Shown here: positions 9,868 through 19,745 of the stretch, piece by piece
Numbering within the stretch: the stretch's first letter is position 1
Layout of the letters: each line of letters opens with the position of its first letter
Notes under the pieces: model-generated
Seen by the model: the letters and a program-made list of their open reading frames with translations, nothing else
Told to the model about the DNA's origin: nothing
Database searches by the model: none
Assembly (NCBI GenBank): GCA_965207075.1
Contig: CBDBLO010000002.1
Span: forward strand, 2,121,282 to 2,185,281
Direction of reading: 5' to 3'
Length of the DNA stretch: 64,000 bases
From: Nitrosopumilus sp.
Lineage (GTDB): Archaea; Thermoproteota; Nitrososphaeria; Nitrososphaerales; Nitrosopumilaceae
Translations under genes and position numbers: made by a program

Positions 9868-10329
9868 ATGGGCTACAAGAAGGGAGACTTGTGCCCCAAG
9901 TGCGAGAGCGGCATATTAGTCGTAGGTGGCGAGGTAACAGTATCCGGGGAGGACGGCGACGAGTGGTCTCGGAAGATCATCCTAAGGTGCCCCAACTGTG
10001 ACCAGCGTCCTCTTTCCGTCGAGCTCGAAGGCCTTGTTAGGAACCGGGAACACGTGGCGCCAAAGGTGGACTTTGTCAGATTTGAGGAGATGTGCGAGCT
10101 CCTGCTCAAGTTCCTTAAAGAATCTGACGGATGGCTCCTGCTGGATGCCATAGTGTCACAGTGCTTTACGGGCAAAAAGGGCAAAGACGGGAGGCTGTTC
10201 CTGTCAGACCGGGAGGACTGGAACACGGTGAAAGGCATAGTGGTGTATTTCGAGCTTGACGGGCGGTTGGAATCCAGGCCGCACAACGGCAATCCGGAGC
10301 TGAGAGAGTACAAGTGGAAGATACCATGA
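9868..10329 (+). CDS. Zinc-ribbon hypothetical protein
   Basis: CPKC...CPNC. TTTATAT box about 25 nt upstream of ATG 9868. Confidence 0.7.
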   Translation: MGYKKGDLCPKCESGILVVGGEVTVSGEDGDEWSRKIILRCPNCDQRPLSVELEGLVRNREHVAPKVDFVRFEEMCELLLKFLKESDGWLLLDAIVSQCFTGKKGKDGRLFLSDREDWNTVKGIVVYFELDGRLESRPHNGNPELREYKWKIP

Positions 10330-10381
10330 ATCCGTGATACGCAGATCGCAGGCGGGGGAAAGGAGAGATCGCAAGACTTGA

Positions 10382-10690
10382 TCAACTCCAACCCAAAACC
10401 GCCATGATACTGGCTATGGATCCCGCGACTGCCAGCAGGTAGATGATGTACTGGAGGAGCGGGCTGATTTTGCGTATGTCTTCGGAGAAGATGTCGATGT
10501 CCGGGTGTGTTTCGCTGTACTTGGCCAGCGCTCGCCTGAAGGCCTTCTGGTTCCTTGTCCTCCGTTCCCACTTGTAGTGGTTGTGCCTCGGGGCTACCTG
10601 CACCTGTGCGATGGTCAGGCCTTCCACCTTCAACAGGCGTTCAAGCTCATCGCACATGGCTTGATCCAGGGCCTTGTCCTTCAGGGACAT
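10382..10690 (-). CDS. Hypothetical protein with C-terminal TM helix
   Basis: ORF from MSLKDKAL with a hydrophobic C-terminus. Confidence 0.55.
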   Translation of the reverse strand: MSLKDKALDQAMCDELERLLKVEGLTIAQVQVAPRHNHYKWERRTRNQKAFRRALAKYSETHPDIDIFSEDIRKISPLLQYIIYLLAVAGSIASIMAVLGWS

Positions 10691-10728
10691 GCGTAGACGC
10701 ACGTTGGATGGTGAGCAGCGCCTTTTGC

Positions 10729-10971
10729 TTAATTTTTGATAGGAAACTCGACCGTCTGGACCTTGTTCCTGCACCTTTCGAAAATTTCCCTGGCGATCTT
10801 TTCCGACTGTTTTTCATCGTCAATGCTGATCTTTGCAGACAAGTCGAAGGAGGGCGAGTTTGGCAGATCCTTGAGGCTTACAAACCCCATCTTTTTCAAG
10901 GTCTCCTTGACGCTTGGACACGCCTGGCTCTCATTGCAAAGTATCCGAAACTCATATTCCATTTCCATCAC
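10729..10971 (-). CDS. Small hypothetical protein (possible ACT/ferredoxin-like fold)
   Basis: 80 aa with an alternating beta/alpha pattern. Confidence 0.55.
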   Translation of the reverse strand: MMEMEYEFRILCNESQACPSVKETLKKMGFVSLKDLPNSPSFDLSAKISIDDEKQSEKIAREIFERCRNKVQTVEFPIKN

Positions 10972-11190
10972 TATTCCTATGATCCCGGGCTACTCCGGGA
11001 TGAAGGGGTCATACGTGGTGCAGGGCGAGCACTGGCCCGGCGAGCACCAGCTTGAGGCCGAGGTGTACAGGCACGGCTATCTTGCAAAGTCCTATTATTC
11101 GGAACCGTTTACGCTGGAATGAGCGTGGCTTCTAATACCTCTTCATTTTTCAAAGGTTTTTGCTTCTGTGAGAGGAAGGGGAGGTGATAA

Positions 11191-11563
11191 GATGGAAGAC
11201 GAAACTGCAACGGATGACTTTGTGAGCCATTTCAAAGATCTAATCAAGAACCTAGACCTACACAAAGGCAAAATCGTTTATCACGACGGAATGGTAGGCA
11301 TTGGAATCAATGTTCGCGACAGCCTTTCAAAAATAAGCAAGGATGACGGAGACCACATAGACGAATGCGTAGTCGAGATGAATGAAAAAATCAAAGATCT
11401 AGGTGCTTCAGCAAGACAGGTTTCGGGCAACTATAACGACATGCCCACCCGTCTCGAATGCGTGATAAGGGCTGGCCACATACGCGATCTGGCAGACACG
11501 ATAATAGAGCGTGCTGGTGCCGTGCCAACGGAAGAATACGTGCCCAGCACCGGTACTCCCTAG
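11191..11563 (+). CDS. Hypothetical protein
   Basis: ATG preceded by GGAGGTGA Shine-Dalgarno; normal composition. Confidence 0.65.
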
Positions 11564-11712
11564 TTCCTACTCTGACTGCTACGACGCTCCATTTCGAGCT
11601 CACGTTCCCTGTTTCTTTTTTCCCTTTCTTCCCTGTTTGGGAACCCAAGGGCGTCAAACAGGTTGTCAATGGCTTCTTCTACGTCATAGCCGACACGAGG
11701 TTTTTGACTCAT
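11560..11712 (-). CDS. 50-aa small charged protein (not in the ORF track)
   Basis: MSQKPRVGYDVEEAIDNLFDALGFPNREEREKRNRERELEMERRSSQSRN*, converging on the previous gene. Confidence 0.45.
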   Translation of the reverse strand: MSQKPRVGYDVEEAIDNLFDALGFPNREEREKRNRERELEMERRSSQSRN

Positions 11713-11813
11713 TGTTTCGCCCACCCCGTGCCTGCGTTTCCGAGAAGATCGCGCCGCGTATCACGAATTGGAAGCAGTGCCTCCCGCCGCGCTCTTTATA
11801 AAGTTCCAACATA

Positions 11814-12531
11814 GTTACCCGCAAACTTTCATAGAACTCTATGAAAGTTTGCGGGTAACCTCCGCGGCACCACATGCACATGGGCAGGAAGTCAGGCAGT
11901 GGGCGCCAAGTGCCTCGGGCTTGGCTGGCGCACGGATGGCGGGCCTGCCGCATGCCCGCCGTAGGCGGGACGGGCTGGCGGGATCCGGGGCGCAGCGCGT
12001 GTCAGGAGGCGGCTGCCGCCGCCGACGATGATCAAGCAGGAAGCGAGCGTTGCGATGCAGGTACGCCCCGTCGCCACCGCCATACCCGCAAACAATCATA
12101 GAGCTCTATGACAGTTTGCGGGTATCTGCCGCATGCCCGCGGGCGCCCGTGCAGGCCGCCGCAGGTGCGGAACCAGCCTCTCCCGTGACGGGCGTATCTG
12201 CTAGAAGGTGACAAAGAAATCTGACATTCTGCACGTTTGCCACCGTCCGCCCCGGCCTGCCCGCAACCTGCCCCGTATGCTTGCGGCATCAGACGCTAGG
12301 TTCACTGTGGTACACTTTAACAGCGGGAGGCAGGGCGAGCCAGCGGGACCCGGGGCGCAGCATGTGCTCGGAGGTGGCTGCTGCTGCTGCCGGCTATGGT
12401 CAAGTCGGAAACGGTGTTCCGACGCAGGTACGCTCTCCTCCCCTCCCTCCCTCCCTCCCTCCCCCCCCCCCCGACGCCGCCGACTGTTACCCGCAAACCG
12501 TCATAGAATTCTATGACACTTTGCGGGTAAC
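11814..12531. repeat. Three related 44-46 bp palindromes (11814-11859, 12082-12125, 12486-12531)
   Basis: Consensus GTTACCCGCAAA-nnn-TCATAGA-RY-TCTATGA-nnn-TTTGCGGGTAAC. Copy 1 has perfect 22 bp arms. Confidence 0.95.
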
Positions 12532-12765
12532 TGCCGCATGCCCGTAGCACCGCACGCACACGAGCAGGAAGTCAGGCAGTGGGCGCCAAGTGCTTCCGGC
12601 CCTGGCCGGCGTACGGACGGCGGGCCTGCCGCATGCCCGCGGGCGCCCATGCAGGCCGCCGCAGGTGCGGAACCAGCCTCTCCCGTGACGGGCGTATCTG
12701 CTAGAAGGTGACAAAGAAATCTGACATTCTGCACGTTTGCCACCGTCCGCCCCGGCCTGCCCGCA
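12126..12765 (+). repeat. 140 bp direct duplication (12126-12265 / 12626-12765)
   Basis: 139/140 identical at a 500 bp offset. A second, more diverged block lies at ~11885-11960 / ~12564-12640. Confidence 0.92.
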
Positions 12766-12924
12766 TTCCCGCTACCGGGGCTCCATGCGGCAACCGGAAG
12801 GCGAAGCCCCACCCCTCCCACGTCAGGGCAGTGTCACATGCGGCTCTCGGGCTCAAGGGTGTAGCAGATCTACGACCAGCTTTCAGGCGAGGAAAAGCGC
12901 GGGGTTCAGCTCACCGGGTTGCGG

Positions 12925-13236
12925 TCATTTGAGCCGGAGGCGCTCCAGCTTGCTCTTACCGGCAGCCGTACCCCGGCCGCCGGGCTTTTTGGACCTGTCC
13001 TTGGCCATCATCTCCGCTACGGCCCTCGCGTACTTGTCGGGGCCTGCAGAGTCGGGCGTACTGTCACCCAAGACGCTCAGGGGGCTTATCACAATCTCCC
13101 CGTCCCTGACCCGGAACCTGACGCTCTGTCCTTTGTTGATCCCTGCCCTTTCTGCTATGATCCGTGGTATTGTCAGTATGAATGATCCCCGGTTTAGCTG
13201 CATTCTGCGCTCGATTATTTTCTCTTCCATGACCAT
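12925..13236 (-). CDS. AbrB/MazE/SpoVT-type DNA-binding protein
   Basis: RRMQLNRGSFILTIPRIIAERAGINKGQSVRFRVRDGEIVISP swapped-hairpin signature. Confidence 0.85.
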   Translation of the reverse strand: MVMEEKIIERRMQLNRGSFILTIPRIIAERAGINKGQSVRFRVRDGEIVISPLSVLGDSTPDSAGPDKYARAVAEMMAKDRSKKPGGRGTAAGKSKLERLRLK

Positions 13237-13244
13237 TGATGCGC

Positions 13245-14730
13245 AATTCTGTTTCCTAATTCCGCCGTGGGCATCCGCCCCTGCGGCTTTGAGGCAGGCA
13301 TGCGTTAATTTGTTCAATAAAATTTGACAAAACGGCCAAAGGGCGCTCATGCAGGCGTTGAAATGCTTATGGCGAAAGTCAGACACGATGTATCCCACAT
13401 CTGCGTGCCCAGACAGACGCCAACGCCTGTTCGCGGCGTCGGCATTTAACCATGACTCGATCCCCCCTCCGGGCGCCTGCCGGGGCGGCGCGGCGCGGCC
13501 AGCCCGGGGGAATTCGGCGTACTGGAGGGGGCGGAGCCGCCCATGAGCCGGACGCGGGGCGCCGCAGCGGCGGGAACGGACAACGAAAAGTACGTCAGGC
13601 GCGGCGCGGACCTGTTCATAGAGTATGATCCAGGGTGGGAGGATGACGTGGGGCGCGCAAACGAGGGCAAGGTCGGCGCCCCGTACCGGTACGCGGAGAC
13701 GCTCATCATGCTGGCCGCCGCCTTCAGGGGCGCGCTGGGGATCCGGTACAGACAGCTCGAGGGGATGGTCGGGAAGATGGTAGGCGGATCCAACACGCCC
13801 GCATACAGCCAGCTGTACAAGCGGATCAACAGGCTTGACGCGGACATCCGCCGGAACCCGGACGGGATGGTGACGGTGTCGGACAGGAAGGGGTCGCGGA
13901 TGCTGGCGCTCGACGCAAGCGGGCTCAAGCAGCACAACAGGGGCGAGTGGATGAGGGCCAAGTGGAGGGTTAGGCGGGGCTTTGTAAAGATGCACGTGCT
14001 GGTCGACACGGAGACCATGAAGATACTCGCGCTGGAGGTCACGGACGATGCCGTGGGGGACTCGACCATGTTCGAGTCGCTGCTCGGACAGGTAGTGGAC
14101 GCGGGCGGCGCGCGGCACACGGAGCCGCCCGCCGCGCCACGTTCCGGCGGCGGCCCGAGATACGAAAACCTTCTCGCGTCCGGCATCCCCCCGCTCGCGT
14201 CATTCTTCCCGGGCGCCCCCCGGAACCGGGCCGCGCCCGACCTCCTGCTTGGCGACGCCGCGTACGGATCAAGGAAGAACGTGGCCGCGTGCGCGCGGGC
14301 AGGGGTGACCCCTGGCATTGCACACACCATCAACGTGACGGCGCGTGGCAGGGGATCCGGCGACGCGTGGGGCATATCCGTAAGGGACCAGATGGGCGGA
14401 AGCCCCGACGCGACGCGCCTGGACCTGATGGGCAGGGAGGAGAAGAGGGAGAACCAGGCGTACTGGAAGGCCCGCATAGGCTACGGCCACCGCTGGATCG
14501 CGGAGGCCGTGTTTTCGGTATTCAAGCGCCTGTTCGGCGAGCACCTGATGGCCCTCAAGTGGGAGAACATCGTGCAGGAGATAAGGCTCAAGGTGATCCA
14601 GTACAACAAGTGGAGGGATGAGTCGATAGCGCGCGAGGCGGGAGGCGGGACTTTCTGATGGTGTGACGACCATGTCGTCGTCCGATAGGAATCCAACAGG
14701 CACCCAGACGGCGAATTAGGAAACAGAATT
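13245..14730 (+). mobile_element. IS5-family insertion sequence
   Basis: TIRs AATTCTGTTTCCTAATT(C)CGCCGT. 8 bp target duplication TGATGCGC at 13237-13244 and 14731-14738. Confidence 0.9.
13543..14658 (+). CDS. IS5-family DDE transposase
   Basis: ALDASG, GFVKMHVLVD, LGDAAYG and YGHRWIAEAVFSVFKR motifs. Confidence 0.92.
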   Translation: MSRTRGAAAAGTDNEKYVRRGADLFIEYDPGWEDDVGRANEGKVGAPYRYAETLIMLAAAFRGALGIRYRQLEGMVGKMVGGSNTPAYSQLYKRINRLDADIRRNPDGMVTVSDRKGSRMLALDASGLKQHNRGEWMRAKWRVRRGFVKMHVLVDTETMKILALEVTDDAVGDSTMFESLLGQVVDAGGARHTEPPAAPRSGGGPRYENLLASGIPPLASFFPGAPRNRAAPDLLLGDAAYGSRKNVAACARAGVTPGIAHTINVTARGRGSGDAWGISVRDQMGGSPDATRLDLMGREEKRENQAYWKARIGYGHRWIAEAVFSVFKRLFGEHLMALKWENIVQEIRLKVIQYNKWRDESIAREAGGGTF

Positions 14731-14760
14731 TGATGCGCCATATCTACTTAAGGGACAAAA

Positions 14761-14925
14761 ACCGGTAAAGCGTGTAAAGCGTGTAAAGCGCGCGTCCGGC
14801 CCACCGGTAAAGCGTGTAAAGCGCGCGTCCGGCCCACCGGTAAAGCGTGTAAAGCGCGCGTCCGGCCCACCGGTAAAGCGTGTAAAGCGCGCGTCCGGCC
14901 CACCGGTAAAACACGGAAAGCGCGC
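14761..14925. repeat. 33 bp tandem repeat, about 4.5 copies
   Basis: Unit ACCGGTAAAGCGTGTAAAGCGCGCGTCCGGCCC with an internal GTAAAGCG sub-repeat. Confidence 0.93.
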
Positions 14926-15480
14926 GTACGATTTGGTGACACGCATGGAACGCCCCCTTTCGCATTAGTACTACACCTCAACGACAACCTGCGCTCTCCC
15001 ACGCATGTCACACCCGAAGGGTGTCAAGCCGGCGCCCCTCCCCGCGGAGGTTGGAGTCTCACCAAACAAGCGCGCGTCTCTGCCCCCACTGGCGTCTCCA
15101 GACACCAAACCCATTGGGCGCGCGGTCTCTTACCAGCTCAATTGGCGCGATGGCTCCCTTCCGACTGTCGGCTCCTGAACGTCTCGGTGTCCGTCGCGCT
15201 CTAGGACGGCCGGGGAGTTCATTTCCTGTTTGGCCTCTCGTTCTCTCCATCCCTTAACCAATCACGGGCACAACAAAGCTTCAGAGATATAGTCCGGTCT
15301 GGCGTGTCCGATTCGATGGCCACTCTCAAGATCTCATCCGGGGCCAGCCCGCGCACTCCAGAGGTCCAAACCGTACGGTTCGCCGAGTCATGATGGAATC
15401 ACAAGACGTTGGTTTGGTTGTTATGTACCTAGAGTAACGACAACTCTAATTCGGAAAACATCAGAGCCTATGGTGGAACG

Positions 15481-15562
15481 TGGCGCTGAGTGGGGGGTTT
15501 GAACCACGAGTACGCGAATACGTCCTCCACAGGAGAGTGTCCCAGCCAAGCGAGATCCCAGC
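15481..15562 (-). pseudogene. Decayed class II tRNA-like sequence (loop CT CCT GT, ends G-CCA)
   Basis: Acceptor GCTGGG/CTCAGC, variable hairpin ACGT-ATTC-GCGT, GGTTCAAA, terminal GCCA. D, anticodon and T stems are poorly paired. Confidence 0.5.
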
Positions 15563-16107
15563 AGTGTTTTAACAGGATAGCTTCCCATAGTGGCGGTCAC
15601 CCCTTAAAATCACCAGCATACTCGGGCATAGCATCCTTCTTCTCCTAGCAACAGCCCACCGCCTTGTGGTTACGCAGGGGCATCCTATATGAAAGACGCG
15701 AACACGTCGGTACGTTCCTCCCAAAGATACCTCTCCAGTGACAGGATGGCAAACAGGCAAGAAGCTTTCCACATACGTCGTCAGACAAACGATCACCGAC
15801 TTACAGACAGCATCACTAGTACAGCTAGAAATGAAAACAGAGCCTACTGGCCTAATTTGGCGTCCGTTTTCCCGTGATCTTCAATTCTTTGACTCATTCT
15901 CCGGACAGTCCGGATATGAGCGAGCTGATTCTACAACAGCGTATTCCTGTATCTCGTCAGAGCGCAACAATGTCAATCTCTTAGTCGCTAGGATTGGGGC
16001 ATCAGTATGATTCCGACATCGTCAGCCTTGTGTATACAGTAACGGTCAACTGTTCGTCCTAGAAGCGCACCTTGTCACTCTGGGATGATCGGGGTAATAC
16101 TGTCATA

Positions 16108-16650
16108 TCATTTTGTTTTTTCATACACGTCCATGAGCCTTCCTGCGTTCATCAAATAGCTCACGCTATACTTTGAGCAGCACAGCCTCGTTCTCTTAAA
16201 GTCTGAGCGCTGGCGTAATCCCTCCATGTATTCTGGAGGTATCTTGTATGCGTCGGTGATTATAACGCCACCGATCTTTAGAAACTTGAGCGCATCCAGA
16301 AATATCTTCTTCGGGTTACGATGAATGTTGTTGATGACATTGACACATATCACTACGTCTGTTTCTTCCACGTGATCGCTGACATCTGAAGCATCCTTGG
16401 GTATGAACTCGTCCAGATTTGACCCTGCTGCCTCGCTCGAATAGGGGTCAATCCCGACCGCATGCACCTCGACACCTTTTGAAGAGAGGCACTCCTTGCA
16501 CCCTGTGAGGGCCGTTCCGTCCGAGCATCCGATGTCAACTATGACGAGTCTGTCGTTTGCATGCGCAAAATGTTGGTAGATGTAGTTTGGTATGCCCAGC
16601 TCGTCATACCGAGTCCTCCATGTTGTCTTGAGTCTGAACAAGTCCATCAA
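16108..16650 (-). CDS. Class I SAM-dependent methyltransferase
   Basis: IVDIGCSDG motif I, GIDP, DVVIC, LKIGG. Overlaps the hsdR stop. Confidence 0.75.
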   Translation of the reverse strand: MMDLFRLKTTWRTRYDELGIPNYIYQHFAHANDRLVIVDIGCSDGTALTGCKECLSSKGVEVHAVGIDPYSSEAAGSNLDEFIPKDASDVSDHVEETDVVICVNVINNIHRNPKKIFLDALKFLKIGGVIITDAYKIPPEYMEGLRQRSDFKRTRLCCSKYSVSYLMNAGRLMDVYEKTK

Positions 16651-19600
16651 CTCCCAGCCCAGTTCTTTGCTATGACTTCTGCTTGGCTCAGAACGGTATC
16701 AGTGGCCTTCTTGGCCTTGTCGGGCGGATATTCGTACCTCTTCAGGATCTTCTTGACTTCCAGTCGGATTGCAGCCTGAACGCTTGCCTTTTGCGTCCAG
16801 TCTATTGTGACGTTCCTTCTTATCATGTCAGTCAGCTCCTTTGCAATCGACGCGAGTACCGCATCTCCCATGATCCTTACCGCGCTGTCACTGACCCCAA
16901 GCGCGTCATAAAACGCAAGCTCGTCCTCATCCAAGTCTAGCGTTCTGCCCCTGCCTCTCTCTTCCCGGATCTGCCTTGCAATCTTGATAAGCTCGTCTAT
17001 GACCTCGCTTGTGCTGATTCTCTTGTCATTGTATCTTCTGATGGTATCCTCCAGCAAGTCGCGGAAGGATCTCCCCTTGACTATGTTCCTCTTTGAGTAT
17101 ATCCTAATCTTCTCCTCAAGTATCCTCCTGAGCGCCTCGCGCGCAAGATTCTTCTCGGGAGATTTCCTGATGTTTGAGAGGAAGACTTCCGACAATATTG
17201 ACACCTCCGTACCAGGACTTCCCGCGTTGCCGATTATGTCGATTATCTCATCGGACACGATGGCCTTTGAGATTATCTGCTTTATCCCAACATCAAACCT
17301 CTCGCGGTCGGCGCCGCTGTATCCGGTGGTCTTTGTGACTGCCGCCTTTATGGCCTCGAAGAACCCCATCTCCTCTTTGATTCTCATGGCCTCCTCCCTC
17401 GGAAGTGCTATGGAGAACGCGCCGCGCAACAGGGCAAACTCCTTCTGGAACCTCTCCTTTGTGCCCGGCTCCCTCAGTATGTGATCTACCGCGCGGGACA
17501 TGAACGGCACTCGCTTTTCAGGCCTGAGGTTGAAAAATTCCATGTAGTCAAACCCGTGGAACATGCACTTGACGACATCGTATTTTTCAAGCATTGCAGA
17601 CACTGCGTCATCCTGCACGTTGGTTTGCTTGCCGCGGCCGCCGCTCCTCGTGTAATTTGACATGGCATTCTTTATCTCCCTGCTCATGTCCATATAATCG
17701 ACAATCAGGCCCCCCTCCTTGCCCGGGTATACCCTGTTCACCCTTGCTATTGCCTGCATCAGGGTGTGGCCGTCCATCCATTTGTCCAGATACATAGTGT
17801 GGAGCGAGGGGGCGTCAAACCCGGTAAGGAACATATCCCGTACTATGATGATCTTGTGCGCGCCCTTGGGATCCTTGAACCTGTCGCCGATGGCCCTCCT
17901 TTTTTGTTTGCTTCGTATGTGCTCCTGCCACGGTTCTGGATCGGACGCAGAGCCGGTAAACACTACCTTGATCAACCCCTTGTCGTCGTCCTTGTGGTAC
18001 CAGTCGCGGCGCTGCTCGACGATCTCGTCGTGCAGCTCAACGCATATCCTTCTAGACATGCAGACAATCATTGCCTTGCCCTCCAAGACGGAGCTCCTCT
18101 CTTCGTAGTGTCTTATAATGTCGCCGGCGATCTTCTTGATGCGGGCAGGTGCTCCTACCAACTTCTCCATGCGGGACCACTCTTTCATTATTTCCTCCCT
18201 TTCGTCAGTCTCGCTTCCTTCAGTCACCCTTGCAAAGTCTTCATCAATGCGCGGGCGCTCTGTGGATCTTATGTCAACGGGCACAAACTTGTTCTGATAG
18301 TAGATTCTGACTGTGGATCCGTCCTCCACTGCCTGTTGCACATCGTAGATGTCTACATAGTCGCCAAATACGGTGGGAGTGGAACGGTCTTTTTGCTCGA
18401 TCGGCGTGCCGGTAAACCCGATGAAGGATGCGTTGGGCAGGGCGTCCCTCAGGTATTTGGCAAGACCGTATGCGACTTGCGGCGCGTCGTTTCTGTTGAC
18501 TATCTTGGCCGCGAACCCGTAATGGCTTCGGTGCGCCTCGTCTGCAATAACCACTATGTTGTCTCTTTCTGACACGGCGTGATGCTGGTCGCGGTTCTCC
18601 GGTAGAAACTTTTGGATGGTAGTAAACACGATCCCACCAGATGCGACGCTTAGCAGATCTGATAGATCCCTTCGCGCCTCGGCCTGCACGGGCTTTTGCC
18701 GCAGTATGTCTTGGCATCTGCCGAACGTGCCGAACAGCTGGGCGTCAAGGTCGTTTCTATCTGTGAGCACTACTATGGTGGGGTTGTCCATACCGCGGAT
18801 CAACTTTCCCGCATAAAACACCATGGTTAGTGACTTTCCGGATCCCTGTGTGTGCCAGACCACGCCTGCCTTTTTCGTGTCGCCCCGCGCACTGATCGTG
18901 GACTGCAAAGCTTTGTTGGCCGCCCAGTACTGGTGGTAGGCTGCCATCTTTTTTGTTGTTTTTTCACCCTTCTCAAACACGATAAAATTCCGTATGATGT
19001 CCAAGAGCCTACTCTTCTCAAACATTCCGCGTAGTAGAACCTCAGTCTGAGAAAGTCCTCCGCCAGGTCTTGCACCGTCAATGGTCTTCCACTCCATGAA
19101 TCTCTCCATGCCAGATGACATGGTTCCGGCCCTTGCCTGCATGCCATCGCTTATTGTGAGAATCTCGACATACCTGAACAGATCCGGAATTTTTTTCATG
19201 TACGTCTGGAGCTGGTTGTATGCAGACCAGATGTCCGCCTTTTCATCTGCCAGATTCTTCAGTTCGAAGACTACCAGCGGGATACCGTTTACAAACAGTA
19301 TAACGTCGGGCCTGCGCTCGTCATCTCCCTTTATGGTGAACTGGTTGACTGCTAGAAAGTCGTTGCTACGGATTTTGTCGTCGTCAAACTCAAAGAGCCA
19401 TGTCTTTTCGTACCGCTCACCGGATTCCGTCTTGACTGGGACGTCCACCCCGTCAACCAGCATCTTGTGAAATGATTCGTTATCGGTAATCGGGTGCTGG
19501 GAAGAGCTCCGCAGTACCTGCCTTATCGCATCTTCTACTGCAGGCCCGGGAATACCCGGATTAATTCTCTGCAGTGCGCCTCTTAGTCTGTCCACCAGCA

Positions 19601-19745
19601 CCACTGTCTTGTAATCCTCGCGCAGCGCGGAATGGCCACCGGGCAGATATTCTTCGTTTTTTCCGCGTATTATTTCATAACCAAGTTCTTGTAAGACAGA
19701 CAGAACATATTCTTCCACATCCGCTTCTGAAATTGGTTTTTTCAT
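16647..19745 (-). CDS. hsdR: Type I restriction enzyme R subunit
   Basis: RPD...ELK nuclease motif, WHTQGSGKS, DEAHR, FTGTP, LTGFDAP, QAIARVNR. Confidence 0.96.
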   Translation of the reverse strand: MKKPISEADVEEYVLSVLQELGYEIIRGKNEEYLPGGHSALREDYKTVVLVDRLRGALQRINPGIPGPAVEDAIRQVLRSSSQHPITDNESFHKMLVDGVDVPVKTESGERYEKTWLFEFDDDKIRSNDFLAVNQFTIKGDDERRPDVILFVNGIPLVVFELKNLADEKADIWSAYNQLQTYMKKIPDLFRYVEILTISDGMQARAGTMSSGMERFMEWKTIDGARPGGGLSQTEVLLRGMFEKSRLLDIIRNFIVFEKGEKTTKKMAAYHQYWAANKALQSTISARGDTKKAGVVWHTQGSGKSLTMVFYAGKLIRGMDNPTIVVLTDRNDLDAQLFGTFGRCQDILRQKPVQAEARRDLSDLLSVASGGIVFTTIQKFLPENRDQHHAVSERDNIVVIADEAHRSHYGFAAKIVNRNDAPQVAYGLAKYLRDALPNASFIGFTGTPIEQKDRSTPTVFGDYVDIYDVQQAVEDGSTVRIYYQNKFVPVDIRSTERPRIDEDFARVTEGSETDEREEIMKEWSRMEKLVGAPARIKKIAGDIIRHYEERSSVLEGKAMIVCMSRRICVELHDEIVEQRRDWYHKDDDKGLIKVVFTGSASDPEPWQEHIRSKQKRRAIGDRFKDPKGAHKIIIVRDMFLTGFDAPSLHTMYLDKWMDGHTLMQAIARVNRVYPGKEGGLIVDYMDMSREIKNAMSNYTRSGGRGKQTNVQDDAVSAMLEKYDVVKCMFHGFDYMEFFNLRPEKRVPFMSRAVDHILREPGTKERFQKEFALLRGAFSIALPREEAMRIKEEMGFFEAIKAAVTKTTGYSGADRERFDVGIKQIISKAIVSDEIIDIIGNAGSPGTEVSILSEVFLSNIRKSPEKNLAREALRRILEEKIRIYSKRNIVKGRSFRDLLEDTIRRYNDKRISTSEVIDELIKIARQIREERGRGRTLDLDEDELAFYDALGVSDSAVRIMGDAVLASIAKELTDMIRRNVTIDWTQKASVQAAIRLEVKKILKRYEYPPDKAKKATDTVLSQAEVIAKNWAGS

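Larger units (their letters stand above)
9558..11778. repeat. Repeat family ACTGCTTCCAATTCGTGATACGCGG(C): copies 9558-9583(+), 9801-9822(+), 10329-10342(+, partial), 11753-11778(-)
   Basis: The first and last copies are a perfect 26 bp inverted pair. The second is an exact 22 bp direct copy 240 bp from the first. Confidence 0.9.

Noticed and set aside
12925-14118. 397-aa minus-strand ORF as a single gene
   Set aside because: Only the last ~103 aa (AbrB) are real; the rest is antisense to the IS5 element.
14761-14925. Possible CRISPR array
   Set aside because: Units are head-to-tail with no unique spacers, and there are no cas genes in the window.
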